Part shown: one piece after another, positions 27,567-43,600 of the stretch
Position numbering within the stretch: position 1 is the first letter of the stretch
How the letters are laid out: every line of letters starts with the position of its first letter
NCBI RefSeq assembly: GCF_000181795.1
Contig: NW_003526943.1
Location: 11,212,007-11,276,006, forward strand
Direction: 5' to 3'
Length of the DNA stretch: 64,000 nt
DNA from: Trichinella spiralis
Lineage: Eukaryota
Program-made: the position numbers and the translations under genes
The notes under the pieces: model-generated
Database searches by the model: none
What the model saw: the letters and a program-made list of their open reading frames with translations, nothing else
What the model was told of the DNA's origin: nothing

Positions 27567-30494
27567 TATTTCAAAAATTATTGCGCAGCCAACACCAAAT
27601 TTTAACCGTCACCTTCAAAATGATTAATAAAACCAAAAATATTTCCTATAACAATAATAATTTTAATTATACAACACATTCTAAATAATATTCCGGAGAT
27701 AATCATTGAAAATTACAATGATCTGACAAAAATATAATAAAGAAAACAGTCAGCAAAAATTAACAAGAAAAAAACCAAAAAATTATGTTAAAACACTTTA
27801 AAATATTTAATAATTTGTAAATATATCATTATTTAATACCTAAATAAAGGAAAAAAAACAATTCTTACTTAACAACGGTGTAGAAGAAAACACTCAGTTC
27901 CTTTACGCTATTACAAATCAAATTCATTACAGTAAATAAAATGCAGGTTTTATTTTTATGAATGTAAATAATCACGAAAACTTACAAATTTATTTGATAA
28001 TAATGCAATAATTAAAGGCATGAATTGGACATTAATATATATTTTATAAATATATTTAATTTTTAAAATATGAAAATTTTATTTTAAACGTAATTACAGT
28101 AATTTCTTTGAAAAATAAATAAAGGAATAAATCCTAATATAACTCCTTTTTAAATTTGACAACAAGTGAAATATAAAGGTTGTTTTTATTTTTTTTTGCT
28201 TCATAAATAGACCGTATTATTAAACTTGATTATAATATAAGACAATGTTTGTCACGTGATGTTTGATGTGCAATTGCGTGTGGTGCCTGATGTTTTCAAA
28301 TGCATTTTTACGTTGCTGACAAATAAATCATTTGTTGTGGCTGATATATTGTGAGTTTAAATTTTGTATTTTGCTCCGTATGCTTAGTTTGTTGTTTTTT
28401 GTTATTTTGTCTGTTATTTTTAATTATTTTGTAGACCCTTTTCTTTTTTAACGAATCACAGACGCGTAAATTAAATTTCGAACAAAGTGCTCAAGCAAGC
28501 AAATAAGTGATATTCTATTTCATGTAATTGTTCATTTATCAAAACAATTAATTTTCTTTTTTTAATTGTTTATTTTTATCCCTTAAATTTTTTTGAAGCT
28601 AGCTGATGAAAATAAGATAACTTCCTTTAACGAATTTGCTTGCTTGCTTATATTTTCAAACATTGCTATTTCACACATTTGAATTTTGATGTATAATAAA
28701 ACATGCAAAATATTGCAAAACATTTAACTTTTCAGATTTATTTTGTTTTGATTTTTAATTTTTTAAATTATTGTTAGGCATGTAATAATTTTTGTTTGTT
28801 GCGTTGTACGTTGTTATCTAGTCACAGTCGTTTATTTAGAAAACAAGTAAAATTGGACCACATTTATTCTTCCACGTCATGAATTTTTTCATCATTTCTG
28901 CATTCTTTGAGTTCTTGGTATTTTTGATAAAATTCAATTGATTCAACATTGCCCAGAATAAATGTATGAAAGCAGCACTGTTTTAATTATTTAGCATCAA
29001 GTTTATATTCTTAAAACTGTGTAAACAAGAAATTGAATAATTTTTATAAGCAAAGTTTGTTTTTTATGTTATTCCAAAGTGCTTCATCATCAGTTTATAT
29101 TTTCGAATGATGAAATTTGTTAAATATTTATATACGCAATGGATTCAACTTTTTTTAATTTTTGAATTTCGTGTATATATATATAAGCAGATATGTGAGA
29201 TGTGTGATTCATTGCGAAAAAGCATTGACCAATTTTCATGATGTAAGCGAATTTGATTAGTTTGAAATATTTTGAGAAGTTGGCAGTTTGTTAGATTATA
29301 AAAACACATTGTTGCAATAATGATAAATAATGCCTGAATTTTTCTATTTGCTGTCTTTGCAGTTTAATTTAATGTAATCTTATGCAGGAGGTGATTAATT
29401 GAAAATTTTAATCATCATACTTTTTTCCATGATGATAATATAAATATATTTTTTATTTTAGGTAGATCGTGAAAATGTTGCATTTTTATCGCCAATCTAC
29501 TTTGCCAAATTTGCTTTCTGTAAGTTTATTTGTTATTATTTTCAATTTAATTAACTTATTATTTTTTGAATTGTATCACAGATACAGAAAATTTTGAAAA
29601 GTATGATTTATTTTAAGTTATTTATTGTAAATATTTTTGTCTTAATGTAAAATTCAAAATTTTTTGTTATTTGAATACGAGGGTTTATTTTTGATTAATA
29701 AAGAAAGAAAGGTGATAGCATTTATGCCTGTATTGCATTTATTTTTATAATGGCAATATTTTTGAGATGAATTGAAAATCGACTAAGGGAAATGCTTGTT
29801 TTGCAATCAAAGATACGATTTTTTTTTAGTATTTTGATAAAATAACCATGTAAGAAACACGTTAATATGAATTATTCGAAATGCTGACCGTTCGTAAATT
29901 TGAAACTTGCCACTGAGTGTTAATGTAATAATTTTATTATTGTACTTTTGAAATAGAGCTTTTTTACAAGTAATGAGAATATTAGGTAGGCTGTTGCTTT
30001 ATTATTTTGAATTTCAGTTCGAGCAGTTGTTATCAATGTTTCGTTGTAGGGATATAAGAAAAGTTGAACATTTAATACGTGTTCACGTGTTTTAACGTGA
30101 AGCTACTTGTTAATTTGATTAACTGTCCTTGAATTGATAATTTTAATTTTCCCCTCAAATTTGTCAATTTGAAAATGTTTTTTTTCGAAACAACGCTTCA
30201 CTTGAAAGCAATAATACTCGTCGTTTATTTATTAATTGGCTGATGGCAGCTTTTTTGAAGCTGATGAAAACCAATCTTCTCACTGATTTCGGCCTGCCCA
30301 TTGGTCAGTAATTGCAAATTGTTTACACTATTTTGTTATTCATGACAAATAAATAATTTGAGAAGGGCGAAAATTTATCCACACTTTTTGCATATATATA
30401 TATTTTGTACATATAAGACGGTGTTTTTTATGGTTTTCTCGATTTCAGTTATCTTAGATATTCTAATGTGTAGTCAGTGTTTTGTACTTGTACG

Positions 30495-33923
<3,429 letters not shown>

Positions 33924-34099
33924 TTCAGTTGAAATTTTCATCAAACTTAACTCTTCTCAGTTACTGTAATTTAGAAGTGCAATTTCAATTCTCCTTTTAC
34001 TTAGCATTTCAATTTACAACTTCAACAACTAACCAACCACATTTAGAAATACTTAACTTAGTTCTTGCCTATGCCAAATGGTGTCAACTTGATTTAGAC

Positions 34100-34401
34100 C
34101 AGTTGTTCCCAAAGTGAGGTTCATGGAAGCATTGCTGGGGGTTCACGGAGACATTTTCAGATGTCCACTCCTTCATTTTATTTAATTTTAATTGAAATTG
34201 CTAAGAACTGTCCGACATAACGCGCCGTGTCGACGCTTTATTTACACATTCATTTTATTCAGTCTAACAACTACTCAGGTTCCAAGTCCCCTTACCGTAC
34301 TCCCCCCCCCCATTTTCCCTGCACATCCAGTGAACTGTAAAGGGTCAACGGTAACGAGGGTTACCGAAGGGGTCCAAGGCGTTCAGCTTTGGGAATCGCT
34401 G
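34100..34401. mobile_element. hAT-superfamily (Charlie-like) MITE, 302 bp
   Basis: Perfect 8-bp target-site duplication ATTTAGAC (34092-34099 and 34402-34409). The TIRs are CAGTTGTTCCCAAAG and, on the reverse strand, CAGCGATTCCCAAAG (12/15). No coding capacity. Confidence 0.85.
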
Positions 34402-34792
34402 ATTTAGACTGTCACAGTATTTTTCAAATTGCTTATTGTATGCTAAATTTATGCATTGTTAAATGTATCTGGCGAGTTAGTGTGAGGAATTGAAAAAGAC
34501 GTTGCTGAATTTATATGATTATTACAATGTGAAACGAAAATTGTCCTGAATATAATTTTGTTTTATATCAAATATTATTGAATAAAATGATCGATTCAAT
34601 CAATACAATAAAATTATTCAAGTTAACAAATCAGTTTGAAAATGTTTTTCAAAATAAAGTTATACTTGAAAATCAACATATCTGTATTATACTGTAATAT
34701 TGTTGAAACTTTTCCCATTATTGAAGTAGTGTTGGTCTGGTGTTTTTCCGTTGGCATTTTTGATTCTTAAATTAAATGTAAAGCGCAACAAA

Positions 34793-36214
34793 ATGGTCAT
34801 AGGCAAAGATGAGATACTTTCGAGATGCGGTTTAATTACGAAGGATATGGTGATGAATTTGACTACTGATGTGTCATTGAATTCGAAAAACGCTCAGTGG
34901 AATCGTTTAATTTATGTAAAAAGCGGAGCTGACGCGTTGATAGATACTCAGAAGCCTTTTCAGAGGAAATTCATTCGCAACAGAATGGATTTCAAAGAAG
35001 AATTTGAGCAATGGTGCAAGAAAAACGGCGTAAAAACGTTTAGCGTCAAGCCGGAGGCGGTCGACAATTGTGGCATCGGCATGGTCGCCACGGAAGATAT
35101 TCCACAAGGGAAGTTGCTGGTGTTGGTCCCGAGGAAGGTAATGCTGACCACAGAATCTTGTCTCCAGTCTTGCCCTGCGATGAGAGATCTGCTCAAGGGG
35201 GATCCAATTTTGAGCAGCATGAACAACGTCTCTTTAACAATGGCCGTCCTTTATGAACTGTTTTTGGGTAAAAAGTCATGCTGGTATGAATATTTGCGCT
35301 TTTTGCCCACTGAATATTCGGTGCCGTTGTATTTCGACGAAGATGCGTTCAGCGTATTGAAATTTTCCGCTTTTTTCGACCAAGTGGTCAACGTCTACAC
35401 GTCCATTGTTCGTCAGTACAGTTACTTTTATCAGTTGTTGATCAACAGAAATTCACCGTTCCGCGGGACTCCGTTCAAAGAGACCAATTTTACTTTTGAA
35501 AATTTTCGCTGGGCCGCCAGCACCGTGATGACGCGCATCAACTTCATACCGTTGTCGGAGATGAGCGTGGCTTCGGCTATGAACGAGGCCGCTTTGATTC
35601 CAATGTGGGATTTGTTCAACCACGAAATTCAGACGCTGTGCAGCGATTACGACACCGACACTGACTATGGGCGTGTTTTTTCCGTCAAATCCTGGTCCGC
35701 CGGCGACCAAGTGTTCATCCACTACGGTAACCGTGGAAATTACGAACTGCTCATTGGGGGCGGGTTCGTGGTCGACAACAACCCGTTCGATTATTTTCCG
35801 TTGAAGCTGAGCCTCGGCCAGGCCAGCGAAAACTACTCACTGCGCTTGGAAGTGCTGCAACAACGCGATTTGGCCGAGACCAAGGTCCACCGCATATGCT
35901 GGGCTGAGGACGAGATGTTCCAGCCGTCGATTTTGCAATTCGCCATCGTCCACTCGGCCGACGTGGCGGCGTTGGAAGAGATTAAGAATATGCCCACCGG
36001 TACGGCGCCGATCTCGGACCAGTTGCGGTTCAAAGCGAAATCCTTTCTCAAAAATCGTCTAAGTCTGCTGCTCAACACTTACGCCAAATTGCCTGAAGAA
36101 AATGACGAAAACCCCCATCAGAAACTCTGTCTCGTCTGTTTGGATGGTGAAAAGCAGCTTCTTCAGCACGCAGTTGACGTTTTGGAAAGTTGTACATTTC
36201 CTACGGAGATATAA
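34793..36214 (+). CDS. SETD3: SETD3-like SET-domain methyltransferase (actin-histidine N-methyltransferase family), intronless
   Basis: A single ORF containing GIGMVATEDI, WAASTVMTRIN, ALIPMWDLFNH and DQVFIHYGNRGNYELLIGGGF, followed by a Rubisco-LSMT-type substrate-binding region (FLKNRLSLLLNTY). Confidence 0.85.
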   Translation: MVIGKDEILSRCGLITKDMVMNLTTDVSLNSKNAQWNRLIYVKSGADALIDTQKPFQRKFIRNRMDFKEEFEQWCKKNGVKTFSVKPEAVDNCGIGMVATEDIPQGKLLVLVPRKVMLTTESCLQSCPAMRDLLKGDPILSSMNNVSLTMAVLYELFLGKKSCWYEYLRFLPTEYSVPLYFDEDAFSVLKFSAFFDQVVNVYTSIVRQYSYFYQLLINRNSPFRGTPFKETNFTFENFRWAASTVMTRINFIPLSEMSVASAMNEAALIPMWDLFNHEIQTLCSDYDTDTDYGRVFSVKSWSAGDQVFIHYGNRGNYELLIGGGFVVDNNPFDYFPLKLSLGQASENYSLRLEVLQQRDLAETKVHRICWAEDEMFQPSILQFAIVHSADVAALEEIKNMPTGTAPISDQLRFKAKSFLKNRLSLLLNTYAKLPEENDENPHQKLCLVCLDGEKQLLQHAVDVLESCTFPTEI

Positions 36215-36626
36215 ATTGGTTCTTCCGTGTGATGAGTGCCACTACAACACCCCGAATGAAACTGTTGAACGGTTTACTCGCCATTATTGGTATTATTTGT
36301 ATTTTGACCGTAAAATTTTTCAAACCTACCATCAACTCAAACAGCTGATTGAATGAAAATGAAGTAAAATCAAAAAATGTATGTTAGTATGATAGAATTT
36401 TTTTTCAAATTTTTTGATGCATTTCATTATATTGTTATTACTACTATTATTAGTATCTTTTGTTTTGTTATTTAGCGCCAATCTACCTTCTAGTATTACT
36501 GTAGCTTTAATTCAGGTACGAATAAAGTATTCATTAAAAAGGCAATTTTGAGCTGTCGTTTTTAATTTATTACTATTTTTTGAAATTATTGTAAAATAAA
36601 ATTTTGCAAAGCAAAGAATATTTCTG

Positions 36627-37259
36627 TGTTCTGAACGCGTGCACAAAGGAGTCTTGGCACTTGTTCACGGCGTGTACGGTAATGCAGCTGAGTTGATTTT
36701 TGTGCTCAGTTTCAGGAACTGAAACTGTAGAGCAGCATCTTCATCAAAATTGCCATTTGCCCAGGGCGAGCGCCAAAATGTACTTGCTGTTATAGATCAG
36801 CAAGCATCATTTACCACCCGCCAGATGTTTTGACTAACGATTCTGATGCCTGATGGCGAGGGCATTTGCCATGGTGCCAGCCGCCAGCAGAGTTAAGCTC
36901 TGGAAGAGGTCATATGGCCCGGGTATATATATAAAGGAAGAGCCTGACCAAATGGATCGAGAGATAAAAAGAGCCAAACGTACAAATTCAGAAAAATTCA
37001 CGTTATTGCTTGCAGTATTTGTTGTCTCTATATTTATTCGTCCGTATTGTCGTGTATGTTTGTGTATTAGTTTTGGTTAGACTGAATTTTGTCGATGATT
37101 CGATCTCGTATCAAGCGAGGGCATTCAGCTTAAGACCATTGAAGCGGTTTGTTTGAATCTACCTCTCAAAATAACCTCTGGGTATTTATTTACATGTTGA
37201 GCTTTCTGACGAAAAAATGTTTTTCATTGTTGTTTGTTGCGTACGGAAGCAGTCGAACA
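36627..37259 (+). mobile_element. Possible solo LTR
   Basis: Relatively GC-richer non-coding block bounded by TGTTC...GAACA, with an internal TATATATATAAAGG at about 36923. There is no clean TSD and no gag/pol remnant. Confidence 0.3.
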
Positions 37260-37335
37260 TTATTCCTTTTTTATTGCAAACTGGGCGAAATAAAAATTAT
37301 AATAACAAAAATATTGTGCAATTTGATTTATTTAT

Positions 37336-39263
37336 TTACAAGTGCATGACATCTAAACAAGTGTTTTCATTCATTTTTACATATCCAGGCAAGCAATTGC
37401 AGTGAAAACTGCCTGCAGTATTAATGCATCGGCTGCCACTGCTGCATGGATATGATTTTCCATCATCCGGTTGACATTCATTAATATCAAAGCAGTGATT
37501 GGTCCCATCGCCAAAGTATCCCTTTTTGCAAACACACTTGTGCCCGTGCTCTTCGTTAATACAATCTGCATCCGGATGGCAAGGTGCTGCGGCACAAAAA
37601 TCTGCATTTTTGCATATTGCACAACAATGACCCTCTGGTGTAATTTGATCTTCAATTGAACAGCTCAATTTTGGACAAGAATTTGTAGTATATGTGCATG
37701 ACATGTCACCATTTTCACAACGACATTGAACGCATTGTTTCGGTGAAAATGCATCTCCATGTTTGTAATTTGCACCCATATAATGACAGTCTTGCCCACA
37801 TTCTGGGCAACACTGTCCAGGACGTTTTATCAAATGATCACATTTTAATTTTGGACATCCCAACGCGTGACAAAACACTTTTCCCAAATGGCACGTGCAC
37901 TCTGTGCAACTTTGTTGATCAAGCCAACGATATCCATCGTCCACTTCAGTGTCGTTTATCTAAAATGAAAAAATCTAATCAAAAAGAAATAGAATAATAT
38001 ATTTAATTATAATTCCGAATATAAATTTATCCTCTCATCACAACTTACAACACATCCACGTTGTCGAAGAAGGACACTTTTCAAACGTTCGTCCATGTCC
38101 TTCATGTTTTTTCGCAATCGTTTAAATTCTTCTTCCAAGTAATTGATTTTGAAACGCAAATATTCCCAACAGTTTGGACACTGGCCGTCGATTTTCACTT
38201 CGCTCGGTTCTGGCAAATTTACCAACTTCAGTGTGGCACCCTTTTCCGGCTTCAAATCCAAAGCAATTGCTTCTAAAATTTCCACCCTACTTTGCAACTT
38301 TTTGCAAATATTTTCCGCTTGCAACAGCGCCTCATGCGGCAATATCGGATCTTGCATGGGAGTTTCAGTGATGCGCTTTTCGAACGCGACCGACTTCCAC
38401 TGATCATAATCTTGTGTACGTATGCTGCACAATTTGCCGGCAAGCGACTCGTTCGTGATGACGAACCGTCTGATTTCGCCGGCGAATTTCGAACTTCCCC
38501 TGCCCCGGTGACCGACGTGGGCGCTGGTCGTTTTGTTGCTTTGCAAAATTCGAAAATCAATTTCTGGATAATCCCCAACCACTGCTTCAATGCAGTCGAT
38601 CATCAGGCGCAAATCTTCATTCACCAATTCAAATATGATCGTGTGCATATTTTCGTCGTCAAATTCATATTTCACATGCAAATTTGCTATTCTATATTGA
38701 CGGCGCCAGTAGACGGTAAGTTCACCTGATTTAAATTTATTCACAATCAACAAATAATAAATGGTGAAATGAAATTTTGTAATTTTAATTTTATAAAAAA
38801 AACAATGAATTTTTGAAATTAAAAGTTAAATAAATAAATATATATTGTTTTTTAATTTGTAGTAAAATAGAAAATTAAAAGAAAAGAAAAGATCCAAAAA
38901 GTTCAATAATATCTTTAATAAGACTTGATGAATAAAATAATGCAAAAAAATTCAAGAAAAAGGTTTACCTTTCAATCCTGAGCTGTATAATTCGAAAACT
39001 TTCACGTTGCCAGTGCTGACGTAAAATAAAGTTCCACGGGTGTGTTCAATTTGTACAAATTGTAATAGAATGGAAAATTTTTTCGTCATCAACAATGAAG
39101 CCACTTCCGCTGTTTCAGATTTTGTCAAAGTGACCGGCTGGGATATGTCCTTTATTTCAAGTGTTTCACAGTGGATTATTATTATTAATATTAATATTAA
39201 GAGTGAAAACAAATGAAGAGGTAAAATGGAAAAATTCATTTTTGAAATTTTTATTTCACTCAT
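37336..39263 (-). CDS. NELL-like secreted protein (signal peptide, LamG/TSPN, coiled coil, 2 VWC, 2 EGF); 3 exons, about 530 aa
   Basis: Exons at about 39263-38969, 38726-38049 and 37959-37336. The LamG-like LRLMIDC region is followed by CPNC plus heptad repeats, two VWC repeats (CTECTC...CCPEC; CVQCRC...CCAIC), an EGF and a Ca-binding EGF (DINEC...CINTAGSFHCNC). Confidence 0.75.
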
Positions 39264-40651
39264 TTGAATGATGAAAAGAAAAAAAGCTGAAAATTTTCAA
39301 GCTTGTTCAGTTGAAGCTAAAAGAAAGAACGAATTGGAGAAGAAGAGGCGGAAAAATGAAGATGGTGACACACAACGCCGTGGTTGATTTTGATTATTAT
39401 TTTTCCTCCTCATAGCAGTGATGATGATGCTCTCCTGCCGACGAGTAAACATTAGCTGGTCATAAGCATAAGTCACAAGCCAACAACTCGCAGAATTTGC
39501 CCAACTTTCATCACATCGTTAAGTCATCTGCGTTTGCATGTCAGTTTTCTTCAAACCCACCATCCGTAAACTTTTGAAATTTATTAGAGAACAAATTCAG
39601 AAATTCTCTTGTTCCCATTCTTGACAACAAGCGTTCATCAAAAATTTAAGCTAAAAATTCATTTCATAAATATGATCATTGATAGATAGATAGATTGATT
39701 GATTGATGGGTTGATCACCTTCATTTTTCAACTTGATACCTTAAAATGGATATTGAAAAAAAATAATAAATTAGACAAATAATTTATACTCCTCTTTGCA
39801 TTGTTTTTGATTTATTATTAATTTTTCTGAAAAAAATTTCTTTTCTTCATTGTTGATATTATTATATTTTGCTGCTGTGAAATCAGTTGGATTTCAATAA
39901 TGCAGATTTATTTACACCAACCATACTCCTCGGTCTCTATATTTTAATATCATTTTCAACCTTTGTTGCATGTGCATGTTAAAATGAAAAATTAAATTTA
40001 AGAAAATCAAAAATGTATAAATGAAGAACAACGTTGGTAAAACAAAAATTGCCAACAAAATTTTTGTATATTTATTTTTTTCACATCATTTTCAATTTAA
40101 CATCAATAAAATTGTTTCATGCGCAATAAACTGAAGAATAATGCAATCAATATAAAACTTTAATTGCGCGATAACAATTTTATTATTACCAATCATTGAC
40201 ATTTAAAGTAAATATTATATCATAAAATAAACATTTCCAAGTTGTAGACTTATTGTTCATCAAAATAAATAGCAACAGCTATTACTGTTGCTTTATTAAA
40301 ATTAATGTAATTCTAAAACAGTGTGAGAAAAAACAGATTTCTTTGTTTATATTTATGACTTTCTTCATTTGTAATATTTATGTACAGACATTTTTTCTTA
40401 TACTTTTTATTTACATTTATATTGGAAGGATATTGCACTGAGGGAATGTAGTAAAAATGTATTTGAATGAAGCTGAAGCATTTACAAATCTCAACTTGGA
40501 TCATTGTATGATTGTATTAAACAATATTGTTCAATAATATTGAAAATATAAAATATATAAATAAGAATAGCGCATGCAGTTGATAATTTGTTATTTGGTG
40601 AGTTACAATTTTCGACAAAATTTTACAAGAATAAAAATAATAGCATTTTCA

Positions 40652-43600
40652 TTAAAGAGAAAATTGTGATAGATCAAAGTGACTTTGTATTTTTTCCCAC
40701 AGAAGATCAGTGAATGTTGGAGGTAAAACTTGAATAGCTAGTTGCATGTAAGCTGGGTAATTTTCAGGCTCGGCAATCACTTTCATGAACAATTGCAAAT
40801 AGTGATCGCTTTTGAAAAATGCTTCCCGGCTTGCCATTGCTTGCAAACGCACATCACGGACAAAATCTTCGACCAAAGAATGATGTTCATCTGCAATGAA
40901 GAGAAAAAACAAAGACAATCATCAGATCACTTATCCATGACATTTATGTTTCAAACTTACCACTGTAAAATACGTAATGTATTTTAAATCCTGTATTTGA
41001 ATTGTTCGAATCAGATCGGAAATAAATCCACAAACGTCTCGATTGTCCAAGCAACGCAAACGGGGCAGCTTTTGATGAACAAGCTTCTAGTGTCATTGGA
41101 GAAAGTGGAGATCCTTTGTAAAAGTTAAAAAAATTTCATTCTTAACGTAAAAATAAAAAAAACAAACATCAGAAATGAATAATACAAATAAAAAACCCAC
41201 TATTTTTACGAATAACCAAGTAATCCCCACAATGATCTGCGGCAAGGTGAAGTTGAACAATGAAGAGCAAGATTCTTTTACCCAAAGGGGCTCGAATAAA
41301 CCACTCGCAGGATGCATTGTTTGGATAATTGCCCGGATAATTTGGTGACGCTATAAATCCTGTCAAATAGCCCATCTGTTTTACACATCTTTTACCTAAA
41401 TGAAAAAATTTTGATATTATTTATTTATTTATTTATTTATCATTGTACATACTGATGCAACTGTTTTGCGATTTGCTGGCAGGGAATTCTGTTGTCAAAT
41501 TCTGTGGACATCGGATGCAGTAATTTTTCCCATACTCAAACTGATAACTACCAATTGGACATGGCTGACATTTATTTTCATCAACGTTGAAGTAAAATCC
41601 TGGTAAGCATAATTCTAAAATGAAACATCTTTTGAAATATTAGAATAAAAAGTGGACGACGACGCATTCACCTGGAACAGAGCAGTTGGAAAATGATGTT
41701 GAGCCGAAATCGTAAGTAGTAAGCTTTTCTCCGCATGCTGTACAAGCCAGTCGACCACTTTCCGATTGATAAAATCCATATGGACATGGCAAGCACGGTT
41801 CCATACCGGTCGAAGAATAATGTCCAGGCAAACATGGAGCTGAAATACATGCAAAACGATACTTCAAACATAGCATATTTTGAAAATGCAACGGTCAACC
41901 AACTGGCGCAATTTTCAATTGCATCTCTCCCAGCAGATTGATTTTTCTTATAATCAACCGATGGACACTTTATGCAGCTTAGAGCGTTGGACATTGGTTG
42001 GTAAGTGCCGGTAGGACAAGGAAAGCACAAGCCTACGGTTCTGTTATAAAAATTTCCAGGTTCACACGTCACTGGCATCATATTTTTGAATGTTTTCATT
42101 ACAGAATCTTTGGACAATGTTCTACACTCTTTTTTAGGATGCTTGTGATTGCACAATAAATGCAATGAACTTTTCGAAATTGTTCTAAGCATCATTTCTG
42201 AAGAACGATATCTAAAAAAGAAGAAAGTTTTTTTTTCATCAATAACCGCAATCATAGAAAAACCATCTCGTGAAAAATTATTACTGAAGCTAACATTTAT
42301 ACATGGAGCTTTTTTGAGATTATTACTTCAAAAGAAAACAACATTTGTTTAAAAAAAATCTTTTTTCCAATTGCAAGTGTATTTAAATTAACAAAAGTTT
42401 GACTTTTTAGTTAATATTAATAACATATTCACCAAAGTGTTTCTCATTAATGCGCATTGCACATTTTAAATGTTTACTTTAAAAGTCTGTATTTCATAAA
42501 TTAAAAAGATTAATAATCATGATAAATAGTGTCTTCATTAGAAATTTTGAAATAACTATCAATCAAAAACAGCAGTGGACAATGTTATTAAAATAAAATA
42601 AATACCTGAGTTTCAAGCCATTGATTTGAGCTATTTCACTAAACAAGTTGATAAAATGTTGAGATGTAATTGCGTCAGCTAAAAGTTCAGCATCGTATTG
42701 AAATGAAAAGTCAAAATTTTAATTTTTGAAAGTCATACCAATTCTATACCAGCCTTGAGCTGAAAATACAGACAATGATCGATTGTTATTTGCCTCCTGC
42801 ATTTCAGCTGCTCGTTTCAGGCATGTAATTTCAATGCTGGCAAATTCTGGATTCTTTCCACATTGTTGGTGGCGATCAATTTTACCGCTGTTCTCTATTA
42901 ATAGAATTCCTTTCTCTAAATAATGCCAAATAAGAATAATGATGATAAAATAATAATTTTCTCTGCATACCTGCTTCGAAGTTCTTTTGATTTGTCTTCA
43001 TTCGAAACAGTCGATTTAGCAAAATGCAACGATCCACCAAGAACGAGACATCCATATAGTGCCATTGGGACCCTGCAGCTTTTATAGACGTCACTGCAGA
43101 TATATTTTTGCTGCATGCTATTTTGATGCTTGATTTCATTTTTTTCGCCACAAATTCAGCATTTTTGTGGCAAATTAATGTACACATATTTCCTCGACAA
43201 TTTAAACTGCTGGATATTATTGAACTTTCGTCACTGCTTTTCAAACAGTAGTCAACAGCTAAACATAAATGTTAATGGTTTAACATATAAATAACATACA
43301 TTAAATACTCTGATTTTAAACAAAATCATTGTCAATCTAAACTTCAAAAAATTGTAATTAATCATCATGCTTGAATTATTCAAAAAGACAGTTTTGTTCC
43401 ATTATGTTGTCTTTACCAATGCAATCTTTTTTATTGCTGTGAAGAACAAATCCTGTGTGACATGAGCAATAATAACTTCCAGGTGTATTGTGGCAAATTT
43501 GTTGACATCCTGCGTTCCCTATTGAACATTCATCTACGTCTAAATTTTAAAAAATTAATGAAATAAAGTAAAATATAATACAATAAAAAGAACATTTTTG

